Assembly (NCBI GenBank): GCA_951804945.1
Contig: OX638149.1
Coordinates: 82,956,001-83,020,000, forward strand
Source of the DNA: Podarcis cretensis
Lineage: Eukaryota
Reading direction: 5' to 3'
DNA length: 64,000 nucleotides
Shown here: one piece after another, positions 26,658 to 41,789 of the stretch
How positions within the stretch are numbered: position 1 is the stretch's first letter
How the letters are laid out: the number at the start of each line of letters is the position of its first letter
Notes under the pieces: model-generated
Database searches by the model: none
Told to the model about the DNA's origin: nothing
Seen by the model: the letters and a program-made list of their open reading frames with translations, nothing else
Program-made: the position numbers and the translations under genes

Positions 26658-29600
26658 AGAGGAAAACAGAAATTAAAGTCCCCAGGCCTGTTGGAGGAAA
26701 GGCACTGACTGATTAAGGAGTCATTCATCAGCAAAGCCAAGGCTCATAAAAAAAACAAAGAAACTGGAGATTTAAACTACAAAGTGGAAGCTTCTAATTA
26801 AAGTCACATGGGATCTTTGCATAATAGGACTTACTTCTGAGTAAATATCTTAGATATTTGGAACATTATCATAGGGATGGGCATTGCAATTAATATAGTG
26901 CTATAGTTAGTAAGAGGTATAATTACCACTTTAATTCTGTTTCTAGCTAATTTCAGAAAGGCAATACTTCAGCACCTTTAAATAAAACTAGTATGGATGT
27001 AACCAAACATACAAATAAACCCCAATAACATTTAGTCATCAGAATATCATCCCTTTCTTGCCATTTTGTTGTACTATAAATACTCAGTTGTTCTTCACTG
27101 TATGGGCCACCCCACATTATTAGTAAAGCTGTTGCACCTTTCCCCATTGCACCTTCCCATAGCCCTTACGGCTTGGCTACCAAGGATAACTTTGTCAAAG
27201 GTGGACTGTCCTTAATACCAAAGGAGATGTGTGACGTATGACATTAAGGACTTATTTCGACTTTTAGAATACTGTATAACATCCTAGAAAGGAAAATTAT
27301 TAGCTAAAAGGACATAAATTAAAATCAAGCTAACAACAGGGCCTTTCATTCTCAAAAGTCATCTGTGCCACACAAACACTTCCCATCAGATGTTGTGATG
27401 GGGGTAATTCAGCACTGCAAGCTTGTTAGTAATTATTTCTCAGCGAGAATAATCAAAGGTGTTACCCCAATAAAAACAAGACAACTGCTGAGACTCTTAA
27501 TGAGAAACAAAAAAGTTTAGGAAACACTGACCTAATTGGAATAGAATGCATAAAGCTCAAATTGGTTCCTGCCAACTCTGCAGTTCGTCAAGACACTATG
27601 CAAACCAAGAGTTCAGGCAGAAGCTTATTCACACAATCAGCATGCTGCAGTTAACTGTATGATGCTAAAAATGGAAGTGGATTCTGACAATAATTGCCAG
27701 TAGTTCAGTGGAGTTCAATTGTAGACAACACCATATTAGCTGTCGGGTGGAAACTCTGCACATGACATTCCCAGGTGTGTAACCACAGATCTAGGGTAAT
27801 AGATTTATTTAAAGGCGTGAGTTAGGATGATCATGTGGCTGAACTGATAAAGAGTGTGAAAACATTTCGTATGAATCACCTCTCAGAAACCAACCCCAAA
27901 GTGACACAGATATTTTGCATTCAGTCTCTTTGCACAACATTCCACAGAAGAGGAATCCTTCCCCCACTCCATCAGAAACTTCAAAACTGGGTGTGGGGGC
28001 GGTATATAGGGAAAGAAAAGAGATGGCATAAGTAGCACAATGTTTTGTGGCAGTCAGCCAATGGAAGAGAAATAAACTGTAATAAAATTAGAAGCATAGC
28101 ATAAACACCCATTGCTTCTTTGAAATTCATTCCAAGACAAAGATGTTAACTTTGGCAATGCTTGGATAGCCATGCCATGCCAACAGAGATATCGAGATTG
28201 AGGCTGAACATAGTGGAATTGGTCCAGAGAGGGACTAAAGACAGCTGACGAAGAGGTGTGTGCTGGAGGAGAGAGGAAGGAAAAAAACAGTGGAGAGCAA
28301 TGGAGGGGAGGAGAACAGCGGGAGGGGGTCAGAAGCAAAGAGGTATCAGGGAGACAGAAAGAGAAGTGCAAAAATGAGTGGAGTGCTGAAACAGGCAGAG
28401 GAAAAAGACGTTTATATACATATATATCTCAACATGAATGCCTGAGAACATTGCTTCCTTTCACCAGGTGTTATAATTTTGTTTACAATACTCTTTAAAA
28501 ATAGCCCCTGATGCCGCCCAAGAGCTTTGGTCTCCTGCTTTTGGAGAAACCTCCCTGAGAATTTGTGCCCCCCTCCCCACATTCCTCCTTTCTTACTCCC
28601 TTCTTAGACATGCTTTTATTGCTTAGATTTAATACAAATCTAGCCCGACAGCCCCCACAAGAATGAACCTGCCACCTTCCGAGATGGGGGGAAAGTCCTG
28701 TGGCTGCCACCCATCCACCCAAGACCCACAAGAAGTCTGCAGTGGCCCAGGTCATACCAGTTTTGCTTCTGTGCCCTTTTAAGGGAATAAAAAGTCAGGA
28801 AAAGCAGCAGGGCAAGGCACAAGGCTCCTTTCCCACCATACAAAGACTGGAGGCAAAGCTCTTTCCTGGACCGGGAGCTCTCTGCACAAACAAAGCTTTC
28901 GCATGAGCTTCTTCTCAAACCTGACAGCTGGACGGAGCAGTCCAAAGGACGTTTCTCTCTCCAAGTCTAATTCCAGTAGTAGGATAAAAAATCCTGGGAT
29001 GAAAGAAGATGTTACATTCACACACTCAACTCTGTAGCCCTCCGGGGCTCAGAGTTCAAGGTGGGTAAGAATAGGTAGGAAGGGGAGAGAACAAGATGGC
29101 TTTATCCTGACTTGTCGAGACTCATTGTAGCATACCAAACAACCAGAAAGGAATCGCCCAAAGATACACCAGACTCTCAGAGCAGCACAGGAAAGTCACT
29201 TCAAGTCTTCAGCTGGCAGAATTTTGCAGGAAGCCCAAGGAGGTGATTACTGCCCAGAGAGGCAGGTTGTACTTTTCCACCAGGATGTGACCATTGCCCA
29301 TATCTTGAGCGAGGGTCAAAAGGACTAGCATTTCAAAGATTTGATGCAAGGAAATGATCCATCATGAGAATAATTTTTCCTATGGTGTTTACAAGTTACC
29401 CATAGTGCACTACAGCTATATGGGCTAGGGTCAAGCATGGCTCCACATAGAAAAAAGACAGCAAGCCTTCTGATGAGTTGCTGTCATGTGTTCTTTACAA
29501 GGGATCACCAAGGTCCCATCAACCTGCCTCAGAGATGGTGGCTCCTCCTGAGCCTAGTGCATGCCCAGCTCCCAATACCCTGTCAAGCAGTAGAGCCAAA

Positions 29601-29664
29601 AGCCTACCAACATCCATCAGATTTTTATTTTTACAGCAGCAGCCATATTAATTGTTGTAGCCTT

Positions 29665-31950
<2,286 letters not shown>

Positions 31951-33467
31951 AAAGTCCACACTGCAAAGCCAAAAGGCTTCCCAGTAATGTTGCTGCCACA
32001 GATTCCCTAAAGAGAAGGCACACACGAGTGTTAATACTGCAGGGTAGCATCTGTTGGTTGGAAACTAACAGCACCCAATCACATGGGAGCAAGCCCCATT
32101 GTGTCCACTGAGGCTTACTTTTGAGTAAGCAGACTTATCAGACTTAACTCTTTTTTAAAGAGCTTGATCCTTGTAACAACCGAAAGATTGCTCTCCACAT
32201 TTTACAGCTGAGAAACTGAAGGCCCATTGTCACAGCTGCTTGCTGGATGGTATCCACAGTGATTTGCAGCTGTGGTGCCATGTGCCGAAGTTGTGGTGCA
32301 AAAGCCACAAGAGTAGATGCAGAACTCCGCATGAGCTGGTTTTCAAGGCACTGCTGGCAAAAGTAGCTTTTTGAGTACTTCAACAATCTATAAAAAGCAA
32401 ATCCACACAGACTTCTTGTGCGCATTTGGCACTGATTGTCGTATTACGTCAGTTCGTCGCATCTGCTGCTGGAAGTCAGTGCAACAAATACAGTATCAGG
32501 TTAGGCAAACCATTAAAAGGTACAACAGTTGTATGAAGACTCTGGCCTCTGGTTATATAAAATCAGTGTTTAGTATAGAAAACACTAGATTTTATTCAGT
32601 TAACACAGAAGTCTGTGAACCAAGAGCTAAACATTTACATTCAGGCAGCCAAAGACTGGCTATTTAAGTTAGGAGAACTTGCTTCAGGAATCTTGGTGAC
32701 TTCAAATTTCTAAGCTGCCACGTAGAACTGATTATCGTGTGAAAAGTATCCCTATGCATGACTGTTCAAAAATAATAATATAGATTTGCTCCCTTACATG
32801 CCACTGGTTTCTAATCTGGTGCATAGACTAGCAAAGCATGCTAAATCTTCACCCTAAATCAGCCTTCTGCCCTTGAAGTAAACTTTAAGATACAGAAACA
32901 CTCATATTAAAGAGCATGTTTAAACATGAGTTATAGGAGTAAATATGTGGCCATAGCCACAGTGTGTAGAAAAGAATTCCTGCACCTGCCTAAAATGCAT
33001 AAATCCCATCCATAAAATAGAGGCTAACATTTATGATAAATGCACATTCAGAGGATGAGAAAAATAAGGCTCTTTCAGATCCTGGTCTAGCTCCCATAAA
33101 AATGAGCAGTTGTTTTCCCATTAACTTTATTTGCAGGCACATCAGAACCTCAGAGTTCTATACACAGAGTTTGCTTAGCACACAGTCAGATCAGTACTGC
33201 CTTATTCCCCATGAACTATATTAACGTATCCCCATTGGTAGGCTTGTTATTTCAGTACCAACTCCCCCTCAGTCATATATCTATATCTCCATCGTCATGA
33301 GTGACACTCGCTCTGAATTATTCTCACTCCAGATGGTTGTAAAGGTGATGGGGATTCTTTTTCCAGAGCTATATGTAGACTTCTCTGCCTTCTGCAGACA
33401 TAGTTACCAGCTGATGTTGCAGATCTGATCCATACCCATTTTAAACTTCCCTATAGTATAATAGAGT

Positions 33468-33645
33468 CCATGGCTAAGTGGTAGAGCATCTGCTTTGCAT
33501 GAGAAGGATCCCAGGTTAAATTGCCAGCATCTCCAGATGAGGCTGGGAGATACTTCTACCTGCAACCATGGAATGCTGCCACCAGTCCGTGTAGACACTA
33601 TTGAGCTAGATGGACCAAGTGTAAGGCAGTTTCTATATTTCCTAT
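33468..33645 (+). mobile_element. Old tRNA-derived SINE
   Basis: GGCTAAGTGGTAGAGCATCTGCTTTGCATG head followed by a non-tRNA body; related degraded copies near 20280-20450 and 56480-56680. Confidence 0.65.
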
Positions 33646-33779
33646 GTATAGCTAACCATGAAGTAGTAGCCCATTTTTTAGGAAATTGCCACCATTGTCA
33701 ACCAGTACACCACATACAGTGGAATGGGGAACCCTTTTGGCCCAGTGTGTCCAGATCTGTACCTCTGCCCCTCCCCCTT

Positions 33780-33781
<2 letters not shown>

Positions 33782-33820
<39 letters not shown>
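33782..33820. repeat. (AC)n microsatellite
   Basis: Direct reading. Confidence 0.95.
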
Positions 33821-33823
<3 letters not shown>

Positions 33824-35166
33824 CAGCAGCAGCATATGTTATATAGGCTTCTACAAATGTGGAAGACACTCCACCCCACCCACCCACAGTGTGTAGAACA
33901 AAACACAATTTGGGACAAGAACCCCCTACTCACTCAAAGTTGAAGACAAGAAACAGCATGGGCTGCCTATCTTCAGAAAATGCAACTAATCCATCTGGGG
34001 AAATATAAACACAGATATTCAGTGGGAGGGAGAGAGCAGAGAGGGAGGCTCAGGCAGCACATTAGATATGTAAGAGAACAGCCTAGAAGAGGGTGCAGTT
34101 CTGCAGGGTGTACGCAAAGATGAAGATGTCAGGGTTATGAAAGAGGGAGGAGATGATCCTCGCGTACAGGACTCTTCTAGTCATGTGCTGGCTGACAAGT
34201 GAGAGGATGACGTTGAAAGCAAAACAAAACCCAAGCCCGGAAATGATCAAATAGCAGAATGGTTTTTAAAGGCGAGCTTCTAATGGAGTTAGCCCCACAT
34301 AGCTTCACTAGGAAAGAGGTGGCATCAGATAACAATCTAAAAATTTCAAAGAAGTTAAACTATGGATGGCTGGGAGAAAGTTTTGGAGCAAAAAGTTAAA
34401 AGTAAGGAAACATTTTATTGGCACTCAGAGGCATCAGGCTAATGAAAACCTTTGCTTGCAATATTACAGTCACACCATGAGGCCACAAAAAGAACCCGAT
34501 AGTACCCTTAATGAACTAAGGATTTAAATTAAATTGCTTTTTTACTGCTTTCTTTTCCCATCCCAAAAGCTGTCCTAAAAGCTATAGTCATGCTAGCTGT
34601 TTAACTCTATATACACACATGCAAAAACCAGCCATTCCTTTTGCCCCATTTTTGAATCATCTTGGCTTGCATTAAACTCTTTCATTATCAAGCAGCAAAT
34701 GCATTCCATGCACCAACTAAGTTCAAGGAGAGTTCTGTCTAGGTCGTTGGACACCAACATGCTGAGGTGTGTATGTGGCAGAACCATCTCAGTTTCCTCC
34801 TAGTTTGAAGAAGAGATCAGACATGCTGTCACATTCCAAGGCACAATGAGAAACTGATCTGATGCCAGATATCATTACGCTGAGCTTAAAGCTGCAACGT
34901 GTGTGGTACATTTTCAGTGTTGGAGCAGCCTGTGCCACCAGCTCATGAAACATTGACTAGGAGTGAAAACTCATCCACAGAGAGAAATGTGAGAAATGGA
35001 AAAAGGAAAGCAGTACACTGTGACTCCTATTAATACTGGGCAGAAAACTGAGAACCAGAGCTGAAATGGTGTGCATTGCACCTGAAGGAAAAGAGAAATC
35101 AAGGTGTCAGTTCCATGCTGAAAAGGGGAAGGGAGACTGTGTTCATGTAACAGTGAGGCGGGGAGG

Positions 35167-35172
<6 letters not shown>

Positions 35173-35225
<53 letters not shown>
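35173..35225. repeat. (TG)n microsatellite
   Basis: Direct reading. Confidence 0.95.
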
Positions 35226-35226
<1 letters not shown>

Positions 35227-37110
35227 GTCTTTACTATTCTTGGCCACAGGAGAAAGAGGCTTTTCATATGGGTCACAAAATTAAAGGATACAGGGAATTC
35301 CAGCTCTGCATGCACCTCCCACTACTTCACACCATACAATGCTCCCCAACTGTGTGAATGTTTATTGCACAATGCATGAAAGAAGCTGTACCCTACTAGC
35401 TATGTAGGTGGGTGAATTTGCGTTTCACAGTACAAGGACATATGGGAAACCTTACTATATGGTGTTATATCACACCCTGCAGGGGACAAAAGATCCTACT
35501 GTTTCAGTGTTCTGTGTGTGTGTTTCTAACTCTTTACCACGATCAGAAAGATAAAATATATTTGCTGCCACAAGGCAAATGTTAACTAGCATGCTGAGAA
35601 CAACATGCTAGTGATACTGGTATGGGGACATTGTACCAGATACGGCATTCAATGAGTCTGATTGCAGTCTCAGCAGAGTGACACACAACCTTTATTATAC
35701 TGTACTACAGTTGTTGGGAACTGAAGAAATCCAGTGTGCACATAGCAGGGTTGTTGGAAGAGTGCAACAGAAAGATGTCCTGGCTGTATATGAAGGAGAT
35801 ATTTGTGCTTTTGCAGCACAAGACATTGTGTTTCAAAGTCACAGCATTCATCCACCCATTGTATTAGTGGAATATTTATACCATATACTAATCCTAGGAA
35901 AGACAAGTGTTGAGAAGTTTAGAAGTTGAAGAATAAATGTAGTTCCTGGTTCAGAGCATGCATCTGTTTTGGTCTGCCTTACATCTGGCACCTGCACATG
36001 AGGCCTCACTGTGATCATTCTACCCCAACCCTTCTGTTTCTTCAATCTTCACCAGACTCTTCATGAAAGTCATATCCATCTCTGCTTCCAGGGGTCTTTC
36101 TATATCCATTTAGATGCTGTGCCAGTTCCATTAAACATACCAGCAATATAGTGTTTGAATTTATTTAAAACTATACAACCTTTAACAGTAAAATATGAAT
36201 GATGTGACAGCGCTATCACTGTTGCTCCTTCCTTAGCATGTGGGATATTGTTCTGAGGCCCAAAGATATCAGTGTGGGGTCCAGTTTGGAACAGAGGCTG
36301 TAAAGAGGCAGAAAGACTAAAATCAATCACTAACCTTAATCTAAGCTTTAATGTTAGACTAACGTGTGTGTGTAAACGGCATAGAGGTTTTCGTTACAAT
36401 CAAACAATATACCAGTTTTGTTGAATAAATAGCCTTAACAGGAAGGAAGTTTAATGTTGAAAGGCAGAGAGAATGGAAGTGAAAAATGTCCGCATTTGTC
36501 TTCCCCAGCAAAATTAACCCATGGCAAATTTCCAGGACATTTCTGTGTATGGAAAAAGTGCAGTTGGTTCTATGAAATTTTACTTTTCAGAGAAGAAAAA
36601 AAGCGCTGGAGTTGTCTGTATGTATTCCTGGAATTCATCCATAAAACCATAGGTGTTTCCAGTCTCACTATTTTCAGGTGGAATCCAATCATATACCAGA
36701 AAATTCAGATTGCATGCATATAGTTGATTGGGAGGTCTTGCACAAGAAACCTGCTTCCCCAAAAGACCAGACATTTTACAATAAGAAAAGTGATGAGGGA
36801 AAATGTTCTGGAAAATGGGATAACAGTTGCTTGGATGCAATGTCATCTAACCTCTCCATGAACACCAGAGTGAAAGCTCATTAAATAACTAATGTTTACT
36901 AATCTCCCTGCAAACAAATCAGAATGAGTGCCCAATAAAAAGGCCGTCTGGTTTGATTAAACCTGAGAAGCTCTAGACTCCAGTTTCCAAACAGTGGCCA
37001 AATTAAAACAGCATAACACACAATATTGCCCTTTTGACTCTGCAGGTACCTCTCAGATGCTTGATACTGCCAGCCTACTGTCCAATGATGCAATGGGTTA
37101 TGTCACTTAC

Positions 37111-37198
37111 TTAGTTGGGCACAGTCGTCTGATGGAGAGCAGCAAAGCGGCGGTCATGGGGAGAATCACGATAGAATGGATCAACTGTTGTAATTGTC
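37111..37198 (-). CDS. SAXO4: SAXO4 coding exon 12 (stop)
   Basis: tttcag|TITTVDPFYRDSPHDRRFAALHQTTVPN* (TAA 37113-37111). Confidence 0.88.
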
Positions 37199-37323
37199 CT
37201 GAAATGTAGGAGGAGAAAGAATTACAAAAGAAAGGTCAGTTGGGGAAAACATAGGGGATTGAAAGAGGAATCGTACAGTAAAGGAAGGTCAGAGAAGAAG
37301 AGCTACAACAAATCCAAGATTAC

Positions 37324-37488
37324 CTGCCAACATGAGGATGGATTGTCCTCAAGGTCTCTGTGGCATTGGGGTCAGTGCCTAAGTCAGTGGCATGGTTGTT
37401 AGTAGCAAAGCCACCAGGCTGCTGTGGCTGGATCCCTCCTCGTGTCCAGCCTTCCCTATCCACTCCCTTTGGAATGTTTTCATAAAAC
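37324..37488 (-). CDS. SAXO4: SAXO4 coding exon 11
   Basis: aatcag|FYENIPKGVDREGWTRGGIQPQQPGGFATNNHATDLGTDPNATETLRTIHPHVG(R)|gtaatc; contains the conserved EGWTRGGIQPQ. Confidence 0.93.
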
Positions 37489-37754
37489 CTGATTGAGAGA
37501 AAGGATGAGTTATTCCACGTGTAGTTGAACTCACCTGCTGCCTCCGTTCTCCCTCAAAATCAGGTGTGTGTATATATCCTGCAAACGATGCACTTCTACA
37601 AATATCTGTTTCAGTACACGCCATCTACACAAACAGACCCAACAGCTGCACAAACCTTTGCTGTTCCAGTACTCCCAACGATGCACTCTCTAAAGCCCCT
37701 GCATGAAAAATACCTGAAGGATAAAGGACCTGCAAGGCTTTTATGCAGATAGGA

Positions 37755-38103
37755 CAGGGGTCAGCAAACTTACCGTGCCTCAGGCCAGTGTCTCCAGCGC
37801 TGATCGCGCGGCAAGGAGGGGGAGCAGGTGCGCACACGCTATTTCTAGCACACTTCCAGGTTGGAGGAGCACTGGAAATAGCTTGTGTGCATGTGCATGT
37901 GCATGGGCCTCCTCCAACCTGGATGTGCTCTGGAAATAACGCTTGCACATGCGCACAAGCTATTTCTGGTGCTCCTCCGACCTGGAAGTGGGCAGACACG
38001 CAGCGCAGCACCGGTAAGAGTGGGCAGCAGGGGTCACCGCGGGCCGGATAAACGAGTCCCTCAGGCCTTATCCGGCCCACGGGCCTTAGTTTGGGGACCC
38101 CTG
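37755..38103. mobile_element. hAT-type MITE in SAXO4 intron 10
   Basis: Termini CAGGGGTCAGCAAACT...AGTTTGGGGACCCCTG, perfect 8-bp TSD AGATAGGA, internal inverted repeats. Confidence 0.9.
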
Positions 38104-38190
38104 AGATAGGAAAATGGTACCTTAACAACAAGACATAGCCTGGGAATGTTACTTCTCCCAACACAGGTGGCCAACCAGTGTCAAACTTAC

Positions 38191-38285
38191 TTGGAGTTAT
38201 AGCTAGTCAGGAATCTGGTGGGCAGATCTGGATCATGTGCAGGTGTCACATATTTAAGGTTATTGAGGCTGAATCCTGATGGTTC
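38191..38285 (-). CDS. SAXO4: SAXO4 coding exon 10
   Basis: atgcag|EPSGFSLNNLKYVTPAHDPDLPTRFLTSYNS(K)|gtaagt. Confidence 0.9.
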
Positions 38286-38395
38286 CTGCATAGAGAGGTC
38301 CATGAAAAGAGTAAGGGTCTAGTACCATAGGAGCAGAGCAAAGTGCCCAACAGATTATGAAGACGTAAGGCCTTGAGACTGTAGTTCAGGCATAC

Positions 38396-38512
38396 CTTGT
38401 GACCCACTTGTTCCCGACCTAGAAGATTGTTCTGTGTCTGAGGTTGATGCTGAAGCCCTTGGAACTGAGAGTGGCTCAGGGGACCTGGTGCCTCTACATC
38501 TGGTGGAACCGT
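38396..38512 (-). CDS. SAXO4: SAXO4 coding exon 9
   Basis: ccacag|TVPPDVEAPGPLSHSQFQGLQHQPQTQNNLLGREQVGHK|gtatgc. Confidence 0.88.
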
Positions 38513-39127
38513 CTGTGGAGATTGAAGGTCATGAGTGAAGGAACCATTGTTGGCAGTGGAGGCTGGTCCATTAAGGCCCCACCAACCTTGCCTGCCTCCT
38601 CACAAGTCCATGGGGAGGCAGATACTGTCAGCTTCTTCCCCCTTTGTCTCAGCCTGCCTGTCATTGGCTCTTGACTACCGCCTACTGTTGGCCTCCTGGC
38701 CTCCTCCCCACCAATCCCAACATGCCCCAGCCACCACAGGTTGTAGGAGAAAGGGAGGCAACAAGGAAGACTGGGATCGAAATGAGGAAGGTTCTGTGAG
38801 TAAGATAGCCCACGGATGGTAGTAAGAGGAACAAGCAGAGACTCAGGAGAGGTTTCTGTTTGCGGACTCTGGCAGTGGAAGACAAATCCCAGAGAAAGCA
38901 AGAAAAGGGCCTAGAGAACAAAGGAAGGTAGAAAAATAGGTCACGGCAGGCAAAGATACATGAAAATGTAGATGAAAGGAAATGAGAGGTGCTGGCAGGG
39001 AAAGAGTGGCAAAGACTTCTAGAGAGAGCAGTGAAGGGAGATTGTGTAAGTAGGGAAAGCAGTTGGCAGAGGGAATGTACTAAAGGAAGCAGGACAGGTA
39101 TTCTGGTGATAAGGGAGTGTCACTTAC

Positions 39128-39208
39128 TGGGGTACGGCCAAGATTCTGCCGACTGAATCCAGATCCCCTCTCAGAACCCTTTGACAGGACTGGTAGGAAC
39201 TCATCACC
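39128..39208 (-). CDS. SAXO4: SAXO4 coding exon 8
   Basis: cgacag|GDEFLPVLSKGSERGSGFSRQNLGRTP|gtaagt. Confidence 0.9.
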
Positions 39209-39385
39209 CTGTCGGGAGGGGTGATGTACATCACATGCAACGGTGAGTACACCACATGTAAACAGCCAACAAAAGGAAATACAGGAAGGGGGAAATGGCA
39301 CTTTTGCCTGCCGGCAAAGCACATCCCTTCAACTGTTTTTACAGGTCTCCACCAGTAACAACCCTATTACAAATGGTCTCCTTAC

Positions 39386-39445
39386 ATGTGGAAAGGAAGA
39401 TGGCAGATAATCTGTCTTGGTAATGCTGACTCCTGGAGCGCTACT
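39386..39445 (-). CDS. SAXO4: SAXO4 coding exon 7
   Basis: tttgcag|SSAPGVSITKTDYLPSSFPH|gtaagg. Confidence 0.88.
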
Positions 39446-40084
39446 CTGCAAAGCAGAAGACAAGTACTGAGACTCAGAGAGAGGAAAGTAGACAAAAGAA
39501 AGCACGGGTTCCATTACAGCTTCTACTTGGGAGCAGGCAAGCCTGTCTTAGGAGCAACTAGTTCAGCCTTCCAAGATACTGTGCTGGTTGGGACTGGTAG
39601 GAGTTTTTATCCAAAGCACCTGGAAGGCACCAGGTTGGGAAGGGTGGTATTTTGTCCTTAATTGCATGGAATCATATTCCTGCTATAGTGAAACTGCAAG
39701 GACCTATGGGCTGCACTTGAACATTCATGGCTAAATGTACAGAGGAACTAGATTTGCTTTTGCCATTGGCCTCTCTTAAAAACAAAGCACCCACAGACCA
39801 AGACTCAGGTACAGGAAAAGTTGAACCTGTAACAAAATATTGCAGGGTAGAATGCTCTTCTTCCGGGTTCTTACTAGCCAATGATCTCCTTCTCCAGGAC
39901 ACTTCATTCCATTCCTCCCACCCTCAACAGCAAGCATTCAATGCCCCCTGAACACACTCAGTCTTCTTGGTGCTTTTAGGTTTCTGGAAAACCTGGAAGA
40001 TCTTCCAAGCCTACTAGTACCTCTTTTTGGTATGTGCTTGGTGCCTTTTTGGCTACATAAGAAGAGGCACTATCACATCATATG

Positions 40085-40390
40085 AATATATGAAGAGCCC
40101 TGCTGAATTAGGTCAACAGCCCATCTAGTAGGACATCCTGTTCTCACAGTGTCCAGCCAGGTGCCTGTGGGGAGCTCACAAGAAGGACATGAGTGCAACA
40201 GCACTCTTCCCACCAGTGATTTCCAGCAACAGGCATTCAGAGGCATACTGCCCCCAACAGCGGAGGTAGAACAAAGCCATTGTGGTTAGTAGCCACTTAT
40301 AGCCCCATCCTCTGTGAGTTTGCCTAGCCTTTTAAAGCCATCCATGTTTGTGCCCATCGCTACTTCTCGTGGGGGCAAATTCCTTAGGAA
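40085..40390 (-). mobile_element. CR1-like LINE 3' fragment
   Basis: GAAGAGCCCTGCTG...CCCATCTAGT...CATCCTGTTCTCACAGT block; recurs at about 42660-42870, 46860-47140 and 55280-55780. Confidence 0.65.
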
Positions 40391-40538
40391 GTGAGGAGCA
40401 CAAGGGTCAGGAGAGATCGATCAACTGTTCAAACTAACAAGCAACTTGACTAGAGTAGGAGCACCATATTCCACTGGGCTCTGCAGGTTAATGCTTAATG
40501 TGACCCACGGAGAGAACAGCAGCATATACAGAGTTTAC

Positions 40539-40636
40539 TGGAGAAACCTGAGGTTTGTCCATAATGGGGTTTGCCAGACAGCCTTCAGTAAAACCAGTCT
40601 CTTCTTTGGCTCCAATTGTTTTCTTCTGCAGGAAAT
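40539..40636 (-). CDS. SAXO4: SAXO4 coding exon 6 (3' boundary uncertain)
   Basis: catacag|(D)FLQKKTIGAKEETGFTEGCLANPIMDKPQVSP|gtaaac. An in-frame alternative donor (gtatat) would end the exon at 40530. Confidence 0.85.
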
Positions 40637-41188
40637 CTGTATGGGGGAAGAGAGAGATGAAGCGATAACATGAGGAAAAGGAGCACACTGAAAAAAGAAG
40701 GCAGAAGACTTCTGTAAATAGCAGTGGCAACATAACAGTACAAAAATTAGACAGCAAACTGTTGGCTGAGGAAGGCAGAGAGCAAGGGTAAGATAAGTGG
40801 TGAAAAGGTGAGAGCTGTATATTACCTGATATTTAGCTCCAAGCAAAAAAAGGTGTGTCAAACTAATAATTCCACACTCTGACCTACAGAAACATATTTA
40901 GCAATTCCATTTCTCCAGAGAAGAACCCACATCTCCTTTCCCTGCATTATATTGCACTTTCCGACTGTGCTACCAGCTAGACTGCTGCACCACATACATT
41001 CCCGCTCCTGTTCTTGTAGCGTCTGTTTTTCCTTGGCCATGTGGCCACAACTATTCCTTTTTCATGCATACAGCTTATGCATCACATCCATGCAATAAAA
41101 CTTGTTGCATAAAAGCTGAGTAGAATCCCTGATACTGGAAGCAAGTGGAGGGCGGGTGTCGGTCATTCACAGGTTCTACATGCCAAAA

Positions 41189-41427
41189 CAGTGGTACCCC
41201 AGGTTAAGTACTTAATTCGTTCCGGAGATCCGCTCTTAACCTGAAACTGTTCTAAACCTGAAGCACCACTTTAGCTAATGGGGCCTCCTGCTGCCGCACC
41301 GCTGGAGCACGATTTCTGTTCTCATCCTGAAGCAAAGTTCTTAACCTGAAGCACTATTTCTGGGTTAGCGGAGTCTGTAACATGACGCGTATGTAACCTG
41401 AAGCGTATGTAACCTGAGGTACCACTG
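41189..41427. mobile_element. Tc1/mariner MITE, same family
   Basis: Same TIRs and internal sequence as 9771-10004. Confidence 0.9.
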
Positions 41428-41789
41428 CACTGTAATCACTGGGCTAATTGAGGTGACTAAGTGTTGTTTGTGACTGAAGGGGCAATTTCCCTTTGTGTAA
41501 TCTTGCGCTTTACCCATGTCAAAGGGGCTGTGCGCTGGTGCTGGCTGTGCTAGAAGATCTGTTCCTATCTGAGGGAGCCCTACAGAATGTGGCTGAAGAT
41601 GTGGCTGTGAATTACTTCCAGCCCACTACGCAGAGAGCCTTGCACATTATGTGTGGCAAAGCGGGTGGACTGGGTTCAGTGATGTTCCTGCTGTCACTGT
41701 ATGTTGACTGCAGTTTTCTAAGGTCCAAGCATTAGAAAGAAATGCTAATGTAGCAATTGTGGCAGCCACTCCCCCCAGCAACACTGTTG

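Noticed and set aside
33468-33545. tRNA-Ala-like sequence
   Set aside because: Degenerate B-box and acceptor stem; continues into a SINE body with related copies elsewhere in the window.
35670-35929. Opposed ORFs of about 80 aa downstream of SAXO4
   Set aside because: No homology recognised; better explained as UTR or intergenic sequence.
37535-37578. Possible 44-nt cassette exon with perfect AG|GTGAGT donor in SAXO4 intron 10
   Set aside because: Would leave an intron of only about 46 nt, shift the frame and introduce a stop; exons 10 and 11 join cleanly without it.
37625-38164. 179-aa ORF
   Set aside because: Runs through a hAT MITE; no transposase motifs.
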